The notes: generated by a model not told the origin, from the sequence alone. Positions 38,116-52,119 are shown, counted from the first letter of the stretch. The stretch: 64,000 bases of DNA from Octopus sinensis (GCF_006345805.1 NC_043016.1:18476001-18540000); one strand, 5' to 3'. Numbers and translations are program-made.

Positions 38116-38174
<59 letters not shown>

Positions 38175-39361
38175 GCAGCGAGCGGCAAAACCGTTCACAC
38201 AGGTGGTTATAAAGCTTAGCCACATTTCGTCCTCTTTACGACCTGAGATTGAATCTATCAATGACGACTTTCATCATTTCGGGGTCGATAACATAAAGAG
38301 CAGTCAAGTACTGGGGTCGACGTAATCGGCTTACCCCGTCTCCCAAGTTGCTGACCTTCAGTCAAAATTTGAAATTATTATTATTATTTACCCATCATGA
38401 CTACCCGTCTGATAAGGGTACACCAGGCACATGCATCACAACTATATGTGTGCGATATGGTGATTTCATATCAAGATAAGCAGCGCATGACCATGTTGGT
38501 GGGGCCCAGTTAGAATTTTCTTCAGGTCGAGTAGCGCATCCCGCTCAAAAGTCTCCTGAATGAGGGCTGTTTAAGGAAGATGAACAAAATACATGTTTAC
38601 AGAGGTGAATTATTCAAACCCCAACGAATTTTCTTCAATACATGGCTATGGCACTTCTCATGGGCGGACGAGTGTAGCGGTACCATCGATCTTACGTTGT
38701 GGCTGGTTTTGTTTCATTGACCCGGGAAGAATGAAAGGTAACTGTAGCCTCGATGAGATTTGAATTTAGAGGAAACACCAAAAGGGAGACATTCTGTCTG
38801 AGGCTCTTACGAATTAAAATACCCCTAATAGTATTAATAGTTACTGTAATAAAAGCTATAGTAGTAAGAGTAAACATTTAAGCTCCTTGTTACCCAGTTG
38901 AGTGACAGCGAACAGTTGACAAAAATCAACAAGAAATGCTTTGCCCCGTGCAGAAACTGCAGGAACCTGTCAGAGGTTTTGCAAGCTCTTCTAAATCTAT
39001 TACTGTATTGGAAGCACTTGTGTATTGCTAGCAGGTATCTCAGGGTCACAACCGTTTCGCCTCCTTTTGTCGGCATACTTCGCCTGAGTGGGAAAGCGAG
39101 GACTATTTGCGGTTTCTACTTGCGGTCTCTTATCGAACTACTGATAAATTACTTTCACCGACATGACGCCGTACAAGATTTACTAATGAGCAAGAGAAAG
39201 CTTCGACGACCACTAATAATAACTTAGTAACAGCAAATAAACTTTACGGTATCAAGAAAATTAATAATAGCATTAAGAACATTTGACTAATGCGAAACTT
39301 AATTCTTAATAGCCAAGACTCCTTCGAGTTGATTAAATCTGCCCTTCATAGCAGAAACAAA

Positions 39362-39364
<3 letters not shown>

Positions 39365-39401
<37 letters not shown>

Positions 39402-39690
39402 ATTATAAATACACACATACACCACACTTGCATGTCTGGACGCACGCGAACATTGTACAAATATAAATACATGTAAGCGCGCACACATAAGCACTTGTAT
39501 ACGTACGTACACACATACACATACACACACACACATACATACACACACATACACACACACATACACACACATACACACACACATACACACATGCATACAC
39601 ACACATGCATACACACATACATACACATACACACACACATACATACACACACACATACATACATAAGCACTCACACACACACATACATTC
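39365..39690. repeat. (TG)n and (CACACATA)n microsatellites
   Basis: Seen directly. Confidence 0.92.
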
Positions 39691-40329
39691 AAATCACGCT
39701 TTCATACACAAAACGCGTACACATATATACACAATTACACATCTACCGCACGCGCTCACACACACATATTTACACATTCACACACAGACCTTTCGTACAC
39801 TACTTGACAGGGGTGGGAGGTTCCAGACACCTATAGTAACATCTATAACGAGAATGTGAAAGATTGATAACAAGAATATCTGCGAAACGACAGTAGTAAA
39901 CACCCTGACAGCTTGAGTTTTACATAAATTTATCATTGTATCATAAAGACGTCTACAGGAACCCTGCTGAGCATTTTATAAATATCTATTTCCTTCTACA
40001 AATGTGTTTCTGCCTGTGTGTTTTATATATAAGTTCTTGTGTGTCTCTCTGTTCTTGTTTGTTTCTTTGTTTGTACATAGTAAATACATAGTTTGGAATT
40101 TGAAATGAATTAATATGAACTCGGTGATACGTAAGCAAATACAGTACTGAAAAATCCAATGTGAATCGAACCGTGTACTTTCCAGCTGTGTTTTTTAAAA
40201 GAGATTGGTGATCTTTGGTTGTTGTGCGTAAAAACCACCCTCTTAATTTTTTTTATTTTATTTTATTCTATTCTATGTATATATATCAGCTATCATTGTT
40301 TTTCAAGGAGCAAATATTATCTTTATAAA

Positions 40330-40705
40330 TATATATATATTTGTGTGTGTGTGTGTATTTGTGTATATATATATATAATAATTATGTGTATATATATGTG
40401 TGTGTGTTGTATTTGTGTATAATATATAAATAATTATGTGTATATATATGTGTGTGTGTGTGTATATATATATAAATAATTATGTGTATATATATATATA
40501 TATAATTATGTGTATATATATGTATATATAATATAATTATATGTGTATATATATGTATATAATATAATTATATGTGTATATATATGTGTATATATATATA
40601 ATTATATGTGTATATATGTATATATATATAATTATATGTGTATATATATGTGTATATATATATAATTATATGTATATATATGTGTATATATATATAATTA
40701 TGTGT

Positions 40706-40737
<32 letters not shown>

Positions 40738-40758
40738 GTATATATATCTATATCTATC

Positions 40759-40792
<34 letters not shown>
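40330..40792. repeat. AT-rich minisatellite (~30 bp, TATAATTATGTGTATATATATG-type units)
   Basis: The ATAATTAT(A)TGTG motif recurs about every 25-35 bp. Confidence 0.85.
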
Positions 40793-40797
<5 letters not shown>

Positions 40798-41146
40798 ATC
40801 TTTAAGATAAATACTTTACGCCCGTTCTCCGTAATGTAGACTATATCCTTTTGTTGGCTTGAGCATAGACTTGAAGGTAATTAATTATACAGTAGAGATT
40901 TCTATGTAAATTGATATTATCAGATAAGAGAGCTTCTGCATGACCTATTTGAAATAACAGCCAAATCACGAACAATTTCATATTCTAGTCTTAATGAAGC
41001 TGTAAGCCGTAATTGTTAAAATATTGTCTAAAGGAAAACAGATTTTTAAGAATAAAGGGGTCGTAACGTTAATACCCTTATAGCGGCACAAGTAGGTAGT
41101 GCCATATTGGATGAGATCTCGCGGCAGCCATTGCCATCTTCGAGAC

Positions 41147-41485
41147 TGTAGCGAGACCTCACATGCATTCCATTTGACATGCGCGAGATCACAACGAGGC
41201 TCGTGATGGAAAACTCTCTATAAAGGGAAAACTCGATTCAAATCTCTTTCTTTTTGGCCCCCACTTTGTGAACACCACCACTGGCTGGACCTGTCTATAT
41301 ATTGTATCTCCAGAGGCAATGTGCCCGCATTAACGGAGCTACATAACACAATGCACACAGCTAAAGATGGTTGCTGAGAGCAATACACTTCACCTATCCT
41401 GTAAAAACCTGTAAATAAACCAGTTGTAAATAGCATTTATACCTGAAGTCTTTTCTCTCTTCGACTAAAGGAAGTTTGAATTACA
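41147..41485 (+). mobile_element. Possible solo LTR
   Basis: TGTAG...TTACA ends, TATAAA-like at ~41218, AATAAA at ~41415. No clean TSD. Confidence 0.35.
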
Positions 41486-43057
41486 CGAAGAACAAAAAGA
41501 TGATGGAAGGAGATGATATTCTTCCGATATCGTAAACCTTGCCTTCCATTACAAAACCCTTGATCAAAAGGTTTCTGGCTTTTCAGATTGACCGAAATTA
41601 GGAAACACTCAAATGCCTTCCAGCAGTAACCATCCTTTCTCTTTTTATGTCATACACTGCTATGTCCATTTACCTTTTAAGACAGTAGGATGTGATTTGA
41701 GAATTTTGTCTGTTGTCTTAGCAGGTCGACGGATAGAACAACGAATCATTCGCTGGTGTATTGAATGGAAGGATGTAATACGAAATTTTCATGAGATTTA
41801 GCTGCTATTTCAATTACATCTATTTAAGAACATCCTTATGGTGTAACTTGAGGGAGATTCGACTGCCACTTTTTTGCTGTCAGGACCGCACAGAGGCTCT
41901 TTACCTGAGTAAATGTGGTGGACTTGAAACTGCTGAAGCTTCTGTGCTGTGTGTATATGTGTAGGTGTGTGCATGAGTGTGTACCCCGGTTTCTCTTACT
42001 GCTCGACAAAGGAGTTGATTTATCTTAACATAGCGGTTTGACAAAAATTTTGTGTGTGTGTGAGTTTATTCTTAGACAAAAATATTGTTGCGGTAAAATA
42101 TAGTTTGGTATGCATCAAGACCATAAAACACAATCAAAGTCATAGCATCTAATCAAGTAGACGTTACCATCTGCACCAGTTGCTTCCATTTGGCCTGCTA
42201 CCATCAACGTCGGTGCTGTGGAGATCGCTACTTATTTCTTCCACGCTTCACTTGAATGAAATGCTGACATGCCACCACCTGAACATATTCGCACTTAACT
42301 TGTGTATATACAATTTATTGGTAATCCAAATACTTCCTTGAAGTCTATCCGCCCTATGACAGGCTTTGTTTTTCATCATACAGGATGCCCAAAATAATCT
42401 CCCTCGCTGAGCAAACCTTTTGTCAAGCTGCCAGTTTAGTCGCCGACGTCCCAACTATGAAACAGGTTGTACTAGGTTACATATCACCTGTAGTGCGCAC
42501 TCTACTCGCACACACCCATATATACAATGTGTATGCTACAAACAAACAACATTGTAGGGAAAACACTTCATAACTAGCAAGTGAGAAGCAGCGCTGTCGT
42601 TTTTTTGACACCTCTATGTACGTCAGTTGACCTAGCCATACGTCAAAATCTGTATCATTCTTGTCAGGAAAAAAAAATTAATATTTCGCTAATAATCCAT
42701 CATGCAAATTATATTAAATATTTTGCATTCTTTTGGTTTTCATATAACATGGGTTGTTTGCACTGAAAAATGTTTTTACGTTATTTATGTCAAAGAGAGG
42801 ACATCGACGTGGTCGTTCTGTCCGCTAGAAATAACGGCGAAATATACTTCAAATATGTCTCTAACATATTAAACGCAGGCTTGACAGATTGAATAATGAA
42901 GTATGAGGCACACTGTAGCTCCTGAGAACAAAACAAGAAAGAAATGATGGAATGCTCCTATTTGAAATGTCAGTTAGGGCAGGGCCGATGTTGTTTTAGG
43001 GATTAAACAACCTATATCTACTTCGAAACAGCTTACTCTTTCTCTCTTTTTTTTTTT

Positions 43058-43465
43058 ACTCTTTTTACTTGTTTCAGTCATTTGACTGCGGCCATGCTGG
43101 AGCACCGCCTTTAGTCGAGCGAATCGACCCCGGGACTTATTCTTTGTAAGCCCAGTACTTATTCTATCGGTCTCTTTTGCCGAACCGCTAAGTGACGGGG
43201 ACGCAAACACACCAGCATCGGTTGTCAAGCAATGCTAGGGGGACAAACACAGACACACAAACATACACGCACACACATATATACATATATATACATATAT
43301 ATGACAGGCTTCTTTCAGTTTCCGTCTACCAAATCCACTCACAAGGCATTGGTCGGCCGGGCTATAGCAGAAGACACTTGCCCAAGATGCCACGCAGTGG
43401 GACTGAACCCGGAACCATGTTGCTGGTTAGCAAGCTACTTACCACACAGCCACTCCTGCGCCTAT
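43058..43465 (-). mobile_element. SINE family A, full length
   Basis: Consensus match. Confidence 0.92.
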
Positions 43466-43520
43466 GCATTATGCATTATGCAAAAATATCAAAAACACAC
43501 ACACACAACACACACACACA

Positions 43521-43566
<46 letters not shown>

Positions 43567-44684
43567 AACACACACACACACACATATATATATATTATAT
43601 ATTATAATATATATATATATATATATACATACATGCATACACACGATTCAGTAAAATACACGGGTTCGATTGCGGGTATGGTTTCACTGAATAATTTGTT
43701 CTTATGTTCTCTATACTTATGAAAAGATGAGATAACTGGAATGAATGCTTTTATCGTTGTTTTGCTCAGTACAAAACAATTTGTGTAGATTCGACCGAAC
43801 GAGCCCCCACCCCCACCCTACCTCCACCACTACCATCACTCCCTTTTGGTTTTGCTCAACATGCTAAAATCGCTAACACTCATCTCTCAGATCATAAATT
43901 CTTATCTTAAAATAATGTACTTACATACATAAATAAAGAAAGAAAAAAGAGATGGGATAGTCTTTGATGGAACACCTGTGTTCATATTGTCCGCTCCATT
44001 GGAACTGACCTGGAGGGCTAAGCGATAGCGAAAAGAAGAAATAACAAATGCAAATTTAAACTTATTTGACAAAAAAAAAAAAACAGACCTGTGTGAGAAC
44101 ATATTTTTCTGTAACAACACTGTGACAACATCTGTTCGTTTGGAGAAAGCAGACGACACTGTCAGTCCATGTATTGGTTATATTTATAATGAAAATTTAC
44201 GTTTGTTTTGAGTAAGTATATTGTTATCTCAAATTTACCAATTTAAAAGGAAAGTAATATATTTAGCAGAAAGTTAGATGGGGTGTTTATAAATAAACCA
44301 TGCGTGTATGCAAGGAAAAACATTTGAAGACAAGCGAAGAGCCATGTTGGTTAATGAAACTTTCGAGATCTATTAGGCTTCAAAGGTGCTGTAGAGCATT
44401 TTAGAGTAGACTAATTAACTAAGTAAAGTCTGTAATGACTTTATTCTGATTTTCTGTGTTTAGGTTATTGGCTCTCGTTGTGATCTACTTTAACGATGCT
44501 AGAAAAAGTGATTGGATAATTTGCTGCATTAGGATTAGACCAGACACAGGATTTTTGTATTTTTAATCAAACTACTTGGTCAAACTATTTGTGTATATGC
44601 ATGTATATAGTGTGTGTATATGTGTGTTTGTGATATATGTGTATGTAATATGTATCTGTGTAATATATATGAGTGTGTGTGTTT

Positions 44685-45040
44685 GTCGTCCGTTTTTTGT
44701 TCTGAGTTCAAATGCCACCGGGGTTGACTTTGCCTTTCTTTCTTTCTTTCTGCCTTTCTTTCTTTTTGCCTTTCTTTCTTTCTGCCTTTCTTTCTCTTTT
44801 TCTTTCTGCCTTTCTTTCTCTCTTTCTTTCTTTCTTTCTCTCTCTTTCTCTCTTTCTTTCTCTCTTTCTTTCTGCCTTTCTGCCTTTCTTTCTCTCTTTC
44901 TTTCTTTCTTTCTTTCTTTCTGTCCTTCTTTCTTTCTCTCTTTCTTTCTTTCTCTCTTTCTTTCTTTCTCTCTTTCTTTCTTGCTTTCTTTCTTTCTTTC
45001 TTGGTCGATAAAATGAGTACCAGTCAAGCACTGGCGTCAG
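44685..45040 (+). repeat. Family B SINE remnant split by a ~270-bp (CTTT)n-type expansion
   Basis: GTTCTGAGTTCAAAT..GACTTTGCCTTTC-[CTTT tract]-GGTCGATAAAATGAGTACCAG. Confidence 0.85.
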
Positions 45041-45255
45041 GAAAATGATTTATTCCCCACCACCACCACCATCACACACCAATTTTATGCCAAAATTTGA
45101 AGCCAATATATATATGTGTATATAACATATCTGTATTTAACACGTGTGTGTATGTACCGCATATGCGAGGTGTATGTAACATGGTGCATAATATTGTTTT
45201 GTGTGTATATGAGGCTTGTGTAAATATGTATATATATGTATGCATATATGTATGC

Positions 45256-45421
45256 ATAGACGCAGGAGTGGCTGTGTGGTAAGTAGCTTGCTAACCAACC
45301 ACATGGTTCCAGGTTCAGTCCCACTGCGTGGCACCTTGGGCAAGTGTCTTCTGCTATAGCTCCGGGCCGACCAATGCCTTGTGAGTGGATTTGGTAGACG
45401 GAAACTGAAAGAAGCCTGTTC

Positions 45422-45467
<46 letters not shown>

Positions 45468-45684
45468 ATATGTTTGTGTGTCTGTGTTTGTACTCCTAGC
45501 ATTGCTTGGCAACCGATGCGGGTGTGCTTACGTCCCCGTCACCTAGCGGTTCGGCAAAAAGAGAACGATAGAATAAGTACTGGGTTTTAAAAAAAGAATA
45601 AGTTCCGGGTCGATTTGCTCGACTAAAGGCGGTGCTCCAGCATGGCCGCAGTCAAATGACTGAAACAAGTAAAAGAGTAAAGAG
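45256..45684 (+). mobile_element. SINE family A, full length
   Basis: Consensus match. Confidence 0.92.
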
Positions 45685-46507
45685 TATATGTTTGTATGGC
45701 TGGATGGATTCAAAAACAAGATATTTTATCCCAGATGATTAAATCTAGTCAATGACGTCCAACGTACTTGAAAATATAGTATTATGAAGCAGAAATTATT
45801 AAGTTCTATCTTATCAGTTACGTTTACTTAAATCTTCAGGGTTACGTTCATGTTAAAGCATATGTGGAGCACTTGATAATTGAATTCGATTTCTTTTTTC
45901 TTTGCCGATGACGTCTTCTTTACAGCACGCTTTTCATTTCTTTCCGCCCTTTTTAGTTACACATATATGTATCTGTATAAAGAAAGAACTATTTTGTAAA
46001 GCGAATAAAGAGCAAGAGAATGAGGATTTGAGTTTCTAAGTGTCCGTGCATTCTCTCGCATTACTGCTTTTAACAATATTATAACCGACCTTCAAAACAT
46101 ATGCTTTGCCTCGGTGATAAATTACCACCGAAGCATAGCGTATGGCCTCAGAAAATATTAATATACGATTGCTTATGCTAATTATGTACATGGCGACGTA
46201 TCTTTATGTGTATATTAATATTCATAATATTGTTTTGTATATAAGTTAATGTTTATAATATTCTTATGTATATGTTAAATATTTATAATACGGTTATGCA
46301 TATGTTAATGAAGAGAATAACTATTGGGTATTGTTCATAAATTCCTTATTGCCACAAAGATAGCAAAAGAATAATTATACTGTAGCACAAAAGATGCCCT
46401 TGAACAAGTAGTTATGGAATTAAGGTGTGTGTCTTTGTGAAAGAGAGAGAGAGAGCATGAAATTTATTTAAGAATGAACATGCAAATTCCTCCGAGCAAC
46501 CTCAACC

Positions 46508-46914
46508 CTGGCAGAAACGTTAGCACGCCGGGCGAAATGCTTAGCGGTATTTCGTCTGCGTTACGTTGTGAGTTCAAATTCTGCCGAGGTCGACTTTGCC
46601 TTTCATCCTTTCGGGGTCGATAAATTAAGTACCAGTTACGAACTGGGGTCGATGTAATCGACTTAATACGTTTGTCTGTCCTTGTTTGTTCCCTCTGTGT
46701 TTAGCCCCTTGTGGGTAATAAAGAAATAGGTATTTCGTCTGCGTTACGTTGTGAGTTCAAATTCTGCCGAGGTCGACTTTGCCTTTCATCCTTTCGGGGT
46801 CGATAAATTAAGTACCAGTTACGAACTGGGGTCGATGTAACCGACTTAATACGTTTGTCTGTCCTTGTTTGTTCCCTCTGTGTTTAGCCCCTTGTGGGTA
46901 ATAAAGAAATAAGT
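46508..46914 (+). mobile_element. SINE family B with tandem 183-bp body repeat
   Basis: (G/A)GTATTTC at 46546, 46729 and 46912; the two units are almost identical. Confidence 0.92.
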
Positions 46915-47339
46915 ATTTCTTCCGGTTCTAGATTCGAAGAAAAACTAAAAGATTGAATTCTTTATGCATCTGTCTTTTAAGAAGCTACCTGCGGTCGGAA
47001 CCTGCTTGTCAGCTTCATCTTTTATCGTTAGCCACCAGACGAGACGAGACGAAGAATTATTAACGTCTTTATCACAGGAAGTAGCAAAGCGATTTTCGTA
47101 ATGGATTCAGTTGATAGTCAGGCCGGCTCTTAATATGACAGTCGCTGTCTGGTCTAATCCTTTAAGTAGACATTTCGTCAGACTAATTGCATACCAAAGA
47201 CTTGTTTATCCTAAACACATGCCAACAAAGGAGCGTCCACGTCGTCACTCGATTTACTAGAAATATCAGCCAAATCTCTATCGGAACCTATACTACCAAC
47301 CGTGGTTCTCACTCGTGCTTAACCATTCAACACAGTGTA

Positions 47340-47700
47340 GTTAGTTAGTTAGTTAGTTAGTTAATTGGCTCAAAAGCACAATAGCAAGGCCATGTAGGGG
47401 GAATGGAGTTAAGTACAGGGTGGTGGTCATGTAAAGAGTTAGGCCACTTGAGGTCAATGGAGACTTTGAACAAAGCGGTCGTCGGCATATCTTCACCATC
47501 TCGTCTGGCAGCTTGTTCCACGGATCCGCAACCCGGACGGAGAAAGCTCTCTCCTTCGATTGAGATGAAATCGTCGCAGGTAGTAGAGCTTTTCGGAATG
47601 ACCCGCAGCCGACGCTCCGGAGCAGGAGTGAAGAACAGCTCTTTCGAGAGGGTACACTTCCGCTTATGATGTTGTGAGCGAGAATGAGACACCACGGCGG
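47340..47700 (-). mobile_element. CR1/L2-clade LINE 3' end, frameshifted
   Basis: Reverse-complement match to 20723-20991 with an (TTAG)n tail. Extends further 5' (..FFTPAPERRL..). Confidence 0.88.
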
Positions 47701-48009
47701 CGGCGGCGTTTTTCTAGAGAATAAAGGTCGAGCGTCCTCAGCCTTTCTTCATAAGACAAATTTTGAGACCATGAACCATGCGGGTAGCCAGCTACTGGAC
47801 TCTTTCGAGATGCTGTATGTCTTTGAGGAGATAAGAACTATACATATCCCCTATGATGGTTAAGTATACGAATCACCAATGCTGTCTAAACTGTCTTGAC
47901 ACTGAAGAAACTTTTAATTTAGATCATTTGTTATTTCCATGAAGATATGCCACATGAAACACGTTTTAATTATTTGGCATTTTTATGAAAATATTAAAGT
48001 GGTGACCCA

Positions 48010-48500
48010 ATGAAATCGTTAGCACGCCAAACAAAATGCTTAGCAAAATGCTCTGCGTTCAAACCACATTGAGGTCAGCTTTGCTTTTCATCTTTTTGGG
48101 TCGATAAAATACCGTCAGAGTACTGAACCCAATGTAAATTGGCTAATAAGTTCCCCTAAAATTTGAAAGCAAAATTATAAAAAGGGACGAGCTGCCAGGA
48201 TTGTTAGCTCGTTCGGGAAAATGCTTAGTGGCATCTCATCTACTGAGGTCGAATTTGCCTTTCATTTTTCAGAGGTCGATAAAACAAGTACCAGTTGAAT
48301 ATTGGGGTCCATGTAATCGAGTAATATTCTCCTCCGAAATTACTGATCATGCGCCAAAATTTGAATCCATTATTAGAATTAAGGCGGAATGCTGGCAAAA
48401 TGGTTCGCATGTCGGGTGAAATGCTTAGCAGCATTTCATCTGTCCTCGTGTTCTGGGTTCAAATTCTCCTAAGGACGACCTTGCCTTTCATCCTTCCGGA
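48010..48500 (+). mobile_element. Cluster of decayed family B SINEs
   Basis: Several GTTAGC..AAATGCTTAG / GAGGTC..TTTGCCTTTCAT remnants. Confidence 0.65.
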
Positions 48501-49281
48501 GTCGATTCTAACACTTATATTATTCCCTGAAATCATCTTTCTGTTACGCTGGAATCTACGGCTACTTTTCAATAGACTTCAGAATAAATATGAACCATAT
48601 AAAAATATTCACATCTAAAATATCGAACCTTCAAAACAATATTTATAAATACCGTCTACTTTGATGACAAGCTGTCTTCAGATAATGAAAATCTGCTGAA
48701 TATACTGAGATGAATTCACTTCAGCTATACAATCCGACATACATTTCTTAGTTTCTTGACAAAATCGTTGGAGTGCATAGAAAACCTTGCAGTATTTATT
48801 CGGTTTAAAATCTTACCGATTTTATCTTGACCAATCGTCCATCTTCTTTCCAGTTTAAATGACGATTTATCTTATCAACTAGCTCCTTCTCACCAAATTT
48901 GTGGAATTTTCCCAACATTAGAAAAACTTATGGGCGGTATTTCTTCATGCCTTTAAGCGTTCAAATCTCGACTGTTTTTTTTCCATCCTTCTGAGGTTGA
49001 TAAAATAAAACACCAGCTACGCAGTGGACCAAACCCCTGCCATGTGAATTTCTGACGCAAAAAGTTCCTTTGTCGGCACATGTTTAGAATAAGCTTGTCT
49101 TCGGTGTTCAGTTAGTCTGAAATTATGATTTATGAGTTACTATTTATGACTTATTTATTTTGAAAATGCATAATAAAATAACTGTCTCTTTTTGTTATAC
49201 TTTTTTCTTTCGTTTCTTTTACGTTTTAATTTTTCAGTCTTAATTTTTTTTAAATCACAATTTTTATTTATTTATTGGCAG

Positions 49282-49315
49282 GTCTTAAACTTCAGGAGAT
49301 AATAAATGAAATCAA
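49282..49315 (+). CDS. INF2: Formin 34-nt micro-exon (GLKLQEIINEIK)
   Basis: Acceptor ttattggcag, donor AA|gtatgt. Bridges phase 1 to phase 2 exactly and corresponds to INF2 GLQLLDVLARLR. Confidence 0.88.
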
Positions 49316-49508
49316 GTATGTACACCGCTCATTTATATTTTAATTATTCTGTTTTTATTTCTCGAAATATGTTCCGTTATATATTTACCCTCCTTGTTAC
49401 CGGTGAAATTAAAGAGTCACGTGAAATCCGTAATTAGTTTCGTTCTCAATTTTAGTTAACCAGGTTAGCATCAATGTCTTTTGGATGAAAGATTAAAAAA
49501 AAAAAACA

Positions 49509-50520
49509 TTGGCTGTGTGGTAAGTAGCTTGCTAACCAACCACATGGTTCCGGGTTCAGTCCCACTGCGTGGCATCTTGGTCAAGTGTCTTCTGCTATAG
49601 CCCCGGGTCGACCAATGCCTTGTGAGTGGATTTGGTAGACGGAAACTGAAAGAATCCTGTCGTATATTTTATATATATATATATGTATGTGTGTGTGCTT
49701 GTGTGTTGTGTGTGTCCCCTAGCATTGCTTGACAACCGATGCTGGTGTGTTACTCCCCCGTCACTTAGCGGTTCGGCAAAAGAGACCGATAGAATAAGTA
49801 CTGGGCTTACAAAGAATAAGTCCCGGGGTCGATTTGCTCGACTAAAGGCGGTGCTCCAGCATGGCCGCAGTCAAATGACTGAAACAAGTAAAAAGTAAAA
49901 GAGAAATATGGTCCCGTGTCCTACTATAGCCTCGGGCTGACCAAAGCCTTATGAGGCTCGTCATATATATACGTCCCCGTAACTAAGCGATTAGGCACAA
50001 GAGACCGATAGAATAAGTACTAGGCTTACAAAGAATAAGTCCTAGGGTCGATTTGTTCGCCTGAAGGTGGTGCTCCAGAATGGCCGCAGTCAAATGACTG
50101 AAACAAAAGAATAAAAGACTATATTTCCCAAAGTCGTAGATGTGGTTTTGTGGTAAGAAGCTTGCTTCCCAACCTCATGGATCTGGGTTCGGTCCCACTG
50201 CGTGGTACCTTGAGCACCTTGGGCCGACCAAAGCCTTGTGAGTAGATTTGGTAGACGGAAACTGAATGAAGCTCATTGTATATATATATATATGTGTTTG
50301 TGTGTGTGTGTGTGTGTGTGTAACAACTGGCGTTGGTTTGTTTACGTTCCCATAACTTAGCAGTCTGGCTAAAAGTCAGCCGGCAGAATAAGAACCAGGC
50401 TGAGGAAACAAATAATTGCTTGGGTTGACTCGTTCGACTTAACCCATCAAAGTGATTCCCCGGCATGGCTGCAGTCAAAATGGCTGCAGTCAAAATGACT
50501 GAAACGGGTAAGAGATAACA
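49509..50520 (+). mobile_element. SINE family A copy followed by two rearranged or decayed copies
   Basis: Full body 49509-49903, partial 49910-50120, diverged 50139-50520. Confidence 0.85.
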
Positions 50521-50849
50521 TAGCCTTCTCATATGGACGTAATATTAGGCTACGACACGATCCCAGATAACAGTAGAGATTGGCCGCTGTTATCTTGTCA
50601 CCGTTTCTGTAAAAAGTATAAAGCAGTTACTCTAGCAGCAAGGAGTGACAGAGCTTTAGAATAGCCATGTGGCTTTAAGATATCTCAAATTAAGGCGATA
50701 ATCCGCTACTACTGCTTCATCTCATTCGTTAATTATTTATATATCTACTAGCAACTTCTTTGTTTTCTACAGATGTGTGTACGCTTGTAAATGCCTCAAT
50801 ATAAGTTTTCGAAACGCATGGTTGTGATAATTTACATTATGCTCTAGAC

Positions 50850-51196
50850 AAGTGGTTCTCAACCGGGTTGATATGGCACCTAGGGGTCCACATAAGATTT
50901 TTGGGTGTGCACGTAACAAAATAGTAAACTGGGGATCCACAATAGTATCTTAAGGGCCCCTGAAAAAAATTGTTTTAGATGTATGTGTTGGTATGTATTG
51001 CAGGAAACAGCGAGGTTTCTTTCTCTAACATTTTACATTGTTCAACTTACACAAGTTAATGTGTGAAAAACAAAAGAGGAATTTTGAAAGAAGTTTCTCT
51101 AAAACTAGTTTTTAAATATAGAATGGCTATGGAGGTCCACCAGAATAAAATAGTAATCGAAGGGGCCCATTGATAAAAAATGGTTGAGAACCCTTT
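50850..51196. mobile_element. hAT (Charlie-like) MITE with 8-bp TSD
   Basis: TIRs (A)AGTGGTTCTCAACC / GGTTGAGAACCCTTT. CTCTAGAC at 50842-50849 and 51197-51204. Confidence 0.88.
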
Positions 51197-51618
51197 CTCT
51201 AGACCTGTGTGATATTACGGGTTGCTAAAATTATATAAAAATTGCTTTCTTTACATTTTTGCTCTGTACTCAGAACTTTGCATATAATCACACTCAAAGC
51301 TATTCAAAACAGGAGTTGGGGTTTAGTTGGAAAACTTGACCTTAATATATTACAAGTACGATTTTCGTATAAGCAAGGTGAATTTGCGCTAGTAATATAA
51401 GCATGAACCATATAGAAATGCCCACGTCTAAAATATTGAAGCTTCCAAACAATATTTATAAATATCGTCAACTTTGACGACAATGTCTTGAGATAATGAA
51501 AATCTACTGAAACATACTGAGATGAATTCACTTAAGCGATACAATCCGACGTACATTTCTTAGTTTCTTAATTCCTAGGAAAGCTTCCTCGTCTCCGCCG
51601 TTTAATTTTGATTATATA

Positions 51619-52005
51619 CTATCAGTATCGCCCGGCGTTGCTCGGGTTTGTAAGTGAAATAACTATATAAGCATTTTTAGAGAGTTATAGCCAAAAAAAT
51701 GCATTAAAAATGGGAAAAAAATTATGGTAAATTTTTTTTTTAAATCGTTGACTCATCGTAGACATTTTTAGAGAGTTACTTCCCTTATATAATAGCGAAA
51801 AAATGCATTAAAATGGAAAAAAATGATGGTAAATTATTTTAAAAATCGTAGACTCATCGTAGACGCGCGCTAATACCCAGAAGGGCTCGATATGAATCAC
51901 GACTATAAGATACCTGGTTTTGGTTAAACTGCACCGCAAAATGTGGGAGTAGTTAGGAATCTAAATCGTAGGAGACACACACAGCTTCACTTTTATATAT
52001 AAAGA
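51619..52005 (-). mobile_element. Non-autonomous Helitron, same family as 29550-29955
   Basis: Reverse-complement match with the 5' TC and 3' hairpin. The terminal CTAG reads ATAG. Confidence 0.88.
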
Positions 52006-52119
52006 TTTCATCTACCTATCTACATAGTAAATATGTCTAATATTTTCTTTGCTTACACGCTTTGTTTATGATTTACATTCATTTATCATTTCATATATTT
52101 AACTAATGAAAAATTAAAG

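Noticed and set aside
46508-46914. Regularly spaced repeats considered as CRISPR-like (also 61373-62110)
   Set aside because: Whole-unit tandem SINE copies with no unique spacers, in a eukaryotic context.
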